A DNA stretch of 50,329 nt from the NCBI GenBank assembly GCA_964506565.1, contig CAZDLP010000002.1:1-50329 (forward strand). The letters run 5' to 3'. The notes beneath the pieces were generated by a model. That model had not been told where the DNA came from. It saw only the letters and a program-made list of their open reading frames with translations, and made no database searches. Both the position numbers and the translations under genes were made by a program. How positions within the stretch are numbered: position 1 is the stretch's first letter; the number at the start of each line of letters is the position of its first letter. Positions 46,924 through 50,329 of this stretch are shown here, in pieces. This stretch comes from an uncultured Planctomycetia bacterium (lineage in GTDB: Bacteria; Omnitrophota; Gorgyraeia; JABMRG01).

Positions 46924-48978
46924 TTACTCTTCCTTCTCATGTTCCTTTGATTCCTGATACTTTGCTATTATGCCTTGAGCCGCCTTTGCAGGCGTATCTT
47001 CATAATGTGAAAATTCCATATGATATGCCCCCCTACCGGCTGTTAAGGAGCGCAATTCTGTTGCGTATTTAAGCATCTCTGCTAATGGTATCTGCGCTTT
47101 TACAACCTGGTTAGCGCCTTTAGGCTCCATGCCCATTATCCTACCACGGCGTGAATTAATATCACCTGTTATGGAGCCCATCACATCCTCAGGAACTATG
47201 ATCTCAACATTCATAACAGGTTCCAGAAGAACAGGACCAGCTTTTTGCACGCCTTGTTTAAACGCCATACTACCTGCTATCTTAAATGCCATTTCTGAAG
47301 AATCTACATTATGATATGACCCATCATAAATGGTCACCCTTATGTCAACCATAGGATATCCTGCGAGAGCACCTTCCTTCATCGCCTGCCTTACGCCCTT
47401 CTCAACAGCAGGTATATATTGTCTTGGCACAACTCCACCAACAATCTTATTTACAAACTCAAAATCTTCTCCTTTTGGAAGTGGCTCCAACTCCAGCCAA
47501 ACATCTCCGTATTGCCCTCTGCCGCCAGACTGCTTCTTATATTTACCCTGTATCTGCACGCCCTTCTTTATGGTCTCTTTATAAGCTACCTTAGGCATGC
47601 CTAAATCAACATCTACATGGAAGTCATTTTTAAGCTTATTGACCATAACAGTAAGATGCATATCACCAAGGCCTGATATAATAAGTTCCTTTGTCTGCTG
47701 ATTTCTTGAATATTGAAAAGTAGGGTCTTCACTGGTCAACTTGGCAAGTGCAGTCATTATTTTTTCTTCATCATGACGGGATTTTGGCTTTATTGAGAGC
47801 GATATCGCGGGTTCCGGCATTATTATAGGATCAAACATAAGTTTAGCCCCATCTGCCCCGATAGTGTCGCCTAGCTGAGTCTCTTTTAATTTTGCTACTG
47901 CAGCTATGTCGCCTACTGAAACCTCAGAAACCGCTCTCTGTTCTTTCCCTTGAAGTATAAAAAGCTGGCCTATCCTCTCTTTGCATTTCCTTGTAACATT
48001 GTAGAATGAACTATCGCTCTTTAATGTCCCGGAAAATACACGGAAGATCGTAAGCTGTCCAATAAAAGGATCTATCAGGGATTTAAATACAAGCGCCAAA
48101 AAACCGGACTCTTTTTTTTGCTCTACAAGAACCGGCTCTTCGCTTCCTTCCTCTTTTGCCTGTATCGGAATAGCTTCTATGGGAGAGGGAAGCAAATTTT
48201 CAATCGCCCGTATAAGCAAAGGTATCCCAATCTCTTTTACGGCAGCCCCGCAAAGCACTGGAAAGACCTTAGCCTCACACACGCCTTTTCGCAATGCGGC
48301 TCTCAATTCATCGTCAGTGAGCTCTTCTCCTCCAAGATACTTCTCAAGAAGCTCATCATCTGTTTCAGCTACTGCTTCCACAAGCTTCTCTCTGTGTTTC
48401 TGTGCCGCCTCTTTATCAGCAGGCTCAAGCTTATCCAAAACGCTCTTATCCAAAAGGGAGACCGTCTCTTTAAAAGAAGACTCCTTGCCTATTGGAAATT
48501 CCAGAGGCACGCAATTCTTTCCAAAAGTACTATTGATTGATTGCATGGCCTTGCTAAAATCGGAATTTTCCTTATCTAGCTTATTAACGAAAATAAGCCT
48601 GGGTACGTTTCGCGCTGCGAGCAGCTCCCAGCCTTTTTCCGCGCCTATTTCAACTCCACTTACTCCACAGATAACACATATACCCGAATCAATAGCCCTC
48701 ATACATGATATAGCAGAGCCTGAGAAATCCGCATAACCTGGTGTATCGAGAAGATATAAAAGCTTATTGTTATGCTCTATATGAAGAACTTTTGACCTTA
48801 TAGTAACCTTGCGCTCCATCTCATCATCACCATAATCACACATGCTGTTGCCCTGATCAACACTTCCATGCCTTGAATTGGCTCCTACGCTATAAAGCAT
48901 AGAATCAATACATGATGTCTTTCCTGACCCTGAATGCCCAACGAACACAACTGCTCTTTTATCTTTTACATCTAGCAT
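46924..48978 (-). CDS. Elongation factor G family GTPase, divergent paralogue
   Basis: G1 GHSGSGKT (not the canonical AHIDAGKT), DTPGYADF, NKLD, and EF-G domains II-V recognisable by eye. The start was moved to the ATG at 48978, 10 nt after AAGGAGG (the ORF-track start 49056 is a GTG). Confidence 0.85.
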   Translation of the reverse strand: MLDVKDKRAVVFVGHSGSGKTSCIDSMLYSVGANSRHGSVDQGNSMCDYGDDEMERKVTIRSKVLHIEHNNKLLYLLDTPGYADFSGSAISCMRAIDSGICVICGVSGVEIGAEKGWELLAARNVPRLIFVNKLDKENSDFSKAMQSINSTFGKNCVPLEFPIGKESSFKETVSLLDKSVLDKLEPADKEAAQKHREKLVEAVAETDDELLEKYLGGEELTDDELRAALRKGVCEAKVFPVLCGAAVKEIGIPLLIRAIENLLPSPIEAIPIQAKEEGSEEPVLVEQKKESGFLALVFKSLIDPFIGQLTIFRVFSGTLKSDSSFYNVTRKCKERIGQLFILQGKEQRAVSEVSVGDIAAVAKLKETQLGDTIGADGAKLMFDPIIMPEPAISLSIKPKSRHDEEKIMTALAKLTSEDPTFQYSRNQQTKELIISGLGDMHLTVMVNKLKNDFHVDVDLGMPKVAYKETIKKGVQIQGKYKKQSGGRGQYGDVWLELEPLPKGEDFEFVNKIVGGVVPRQYIPAVEKGVRQAMKEGALAGYPMVDIRVTIYDGSYHNVDSSEMAFKIAGSMAFKQGVQKAGPVLLEPVMNVEIIVPEDVMGSITGDINSRRGRIMGMEPKGANQVVKAQIPLAEMLKYATELRSLTAGRGAYHMEFSHYEDTPAKAAQGIIAKYQESKEHEKEE

Positions 48979-49169
48979 AATTGCAATTCCTCCTTTGGAT
49001 AAGGTAATCTCCCATTGTTTGCATTCACCTGCAACAACGATTAACGCCAATAACACTTAAGACCTGCAAAAAGATGGGGATACGGTCAAGTTAATCCCGA
49101 AAATGCTATTGATAAAGGCATCCAGGATAACATAGTTAACGCTTCCTGTTAGCATGAGTTTGAACTATT

Positions 49170-49198
49170 ATTATATAAAATGACTATTAAAGAGTCAA
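49170..49198 (-). promoter_or_regulatory. Sigma70-type promoter upstream of the EF-G-like gene: TTGACT (49198-49193), 17 nt, TATAAT (49175-49170)
   Basis: Minus strand reads TTGACTctttaatagtcattttaTATAAT. Implies a leader of about 185 nt. Confidence 0.55.
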
Positions 49199-49217
49199 GA
49201 TAATTAAATGCGGCGAA

Positions 49218-49284
49218 TTGACTCACATTAAATGTTACCCAAATTAATTTTAAAGTGCTTCGTTGACTCATAATTAATGTTACC
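49218..49284 (+). repeat. Two 22-nt direct repeats (19/22 identical) upstream of the DDE transposase start; likely subterminal transposase-binding sites
   Basis: ttgactcacattaaatgttacc at 49218-49239 and ttgactcataattaatgttacc at 49263-49284. Confidence 0.6.
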
Positions 49285-49326
49285 GAAAAAATAACCCTTA
49301 TAATGGCACTTAGGGAGGGTTATGTT

Positions 49327-50329
49327 ATGAGTCCAGGAGCACGCATGGAATACCTTGATAGTATATATATACGCTATAAAAGAGCTTCTCGCAAGCAAAA
49401 ATCTAAAATCCTTAATGAATTCTGCATAAACACCTGTTACCACAGAAAACATGCTTTAAGATTACATAATAAGTATAAGCGTTTTACCAAGCCTAAACTT
49501 AAAAAACGAGGTAGACTGTCACGCTATAACAAAGAATCGATTATTGTTCCGCTAAAGCGAATATGGCTTACTGCAAACTTACCATGTTCTAAGTTGTTAA
49601 GAGCGATTATACCTTTATAGCTGCCTCATTACGCTAAAGAATACGGGGGATTACCATTACACGTAGTAACCGCGTTATTAAAGATATCCCCAGCCTCTAT
49701 TGACAGGATATTAAAACCAGTAAGAATAAAATACAGGGGCCGTGGTAGATCTACTACTAAACCAGGTACTTTATTACGCAAGCAGATACCTATAAAAACC
49801 AATCAATGGGATGAATCTAAACTCGGATTCCTTGAAGCTGACACTGTTGCCCATTGTGGTGACACGGTTGAAAGGATATACGCTAATACCGTAAACTTTG
49901 TTGATATTGCCACCGGATGGACCGAACAAAGAGCTGTTTGGGGTAAAGGTGAGCTTGGAGTGCTTAATCAGATAAAAGACGTTGAAAGCAACTTACCCTT
50001 CCCCTTGCTTGGCTTTGACTCTGATAATGGCGGTGAATTCTTAAACTGGCATCTATTCAGGCATTTTACTAACAACGATAGAAAGCAAGTTACTGGATTT
50101 ACCAGAAGCAGAGCATATCACAAGAATGATAACGCTCATATCGAACAAAAGAATTGGACGCACATACGCCAATGGATTGGTTATGATAGGCTTGATAACC
50201 CAGATGCTATTCCTTTGATGAATGAGCTTTATGAATCAGAATAGCGATTTTATCATAACTTCTTCTGCCCTTCTGTTAAGCTTATCCAGAAGAAAAGGGT
50301 TGCGTCAAAGACCATTAAGCATTATGATA
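49327..50329 (+). pseudogene. DDE (rve-like) transposase. One continuous reading frame interrupted by in-frame TAG codons at 49618-49620 and 50242-50244. Truncated by the window end.
   Basis: GGGAGGG about 8 nt before the ATG at 49327. Frame 1 is open from 49303 to 50329 except for the two TAGs. Catalytic context EADTVAH ... GFDSDNGGEF ... NAHIEQKNW. Confidence 0.75.

Noticed and set aside
49618-50244. TAG reassignment (sense codon, for example pyrrolysine-like) as the explanation for the two in-frame TAGs in the transposase
   Set aside because: TAG terminates several housekeeping ORFs in this window at sensible positions (5497, 7594, 16838, 30617). No other gene contains an in-frame TAG, and no pyl-type genes were seen.

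Overview
AT-rich bacterial chromosomal segment made almost entirely of core housekeeping operons. 43 of 45 protein-coding units lie on the minus strand, tightly packed, with many 4-13 nt start/stop overlaps. Reading along the minus strand (right to left): divergent EF-G-family GTPase, yebC, ruvCAB, queH, SpoIID-like, queA, tgt, yajC, fused secDF, CDF transporter, recJ, mscS-otsA-otsB, (rpmB on the plus strand), recG, rsmD, coaD, pta, ackA, yceD(DUF177), mtnP, ileS, dksA-like, lspA, lgt, rluD, two paralogous coiled-coil membrane proteins, aroA, mreBCD-mrdA-rodA, a B12/radical-SAM protein, then an operon of HAMP-GAF-degenerate GGDEF, free-standing MshEN domain, two GspE/PilB ATPases and PilC. 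The block is bracketed by two mobile elements. On the left is a compact IS200/RAYT-like Y1 transposase unit bounded by perfect inverted hairpin repeats. On the right is a DDE transposase, running off the window, whose single reading frame is broken only by two TAG codons. No rRNA, tRNA, CRISPR array or recognisable defence/toxin cassette was seen. I cannot point to a clear-cut novel system. The most interesting unexplained signals are: (i) the c-di-GMP-flavoured ATPase operon; (ii) the tandem coiled-coil paralogues upstream of the elongasome genes; (iii) a family of about 100-190 bp imperfect palindromic intergenic elements; (iv) period-7 tandem repeats filling several intercistronic spacers; (v) two mutually exclusive perfect helices just upstream of ruvC; (vi) the twice-amber-interrupted transposase. 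Several near-consensus sigma70-type promoters (TTGACA-17/18-TATAAT) were read directly from the sequence and helped to correct some ORF-track starts. All family assignments come from motif recognition by eye, with no database search.
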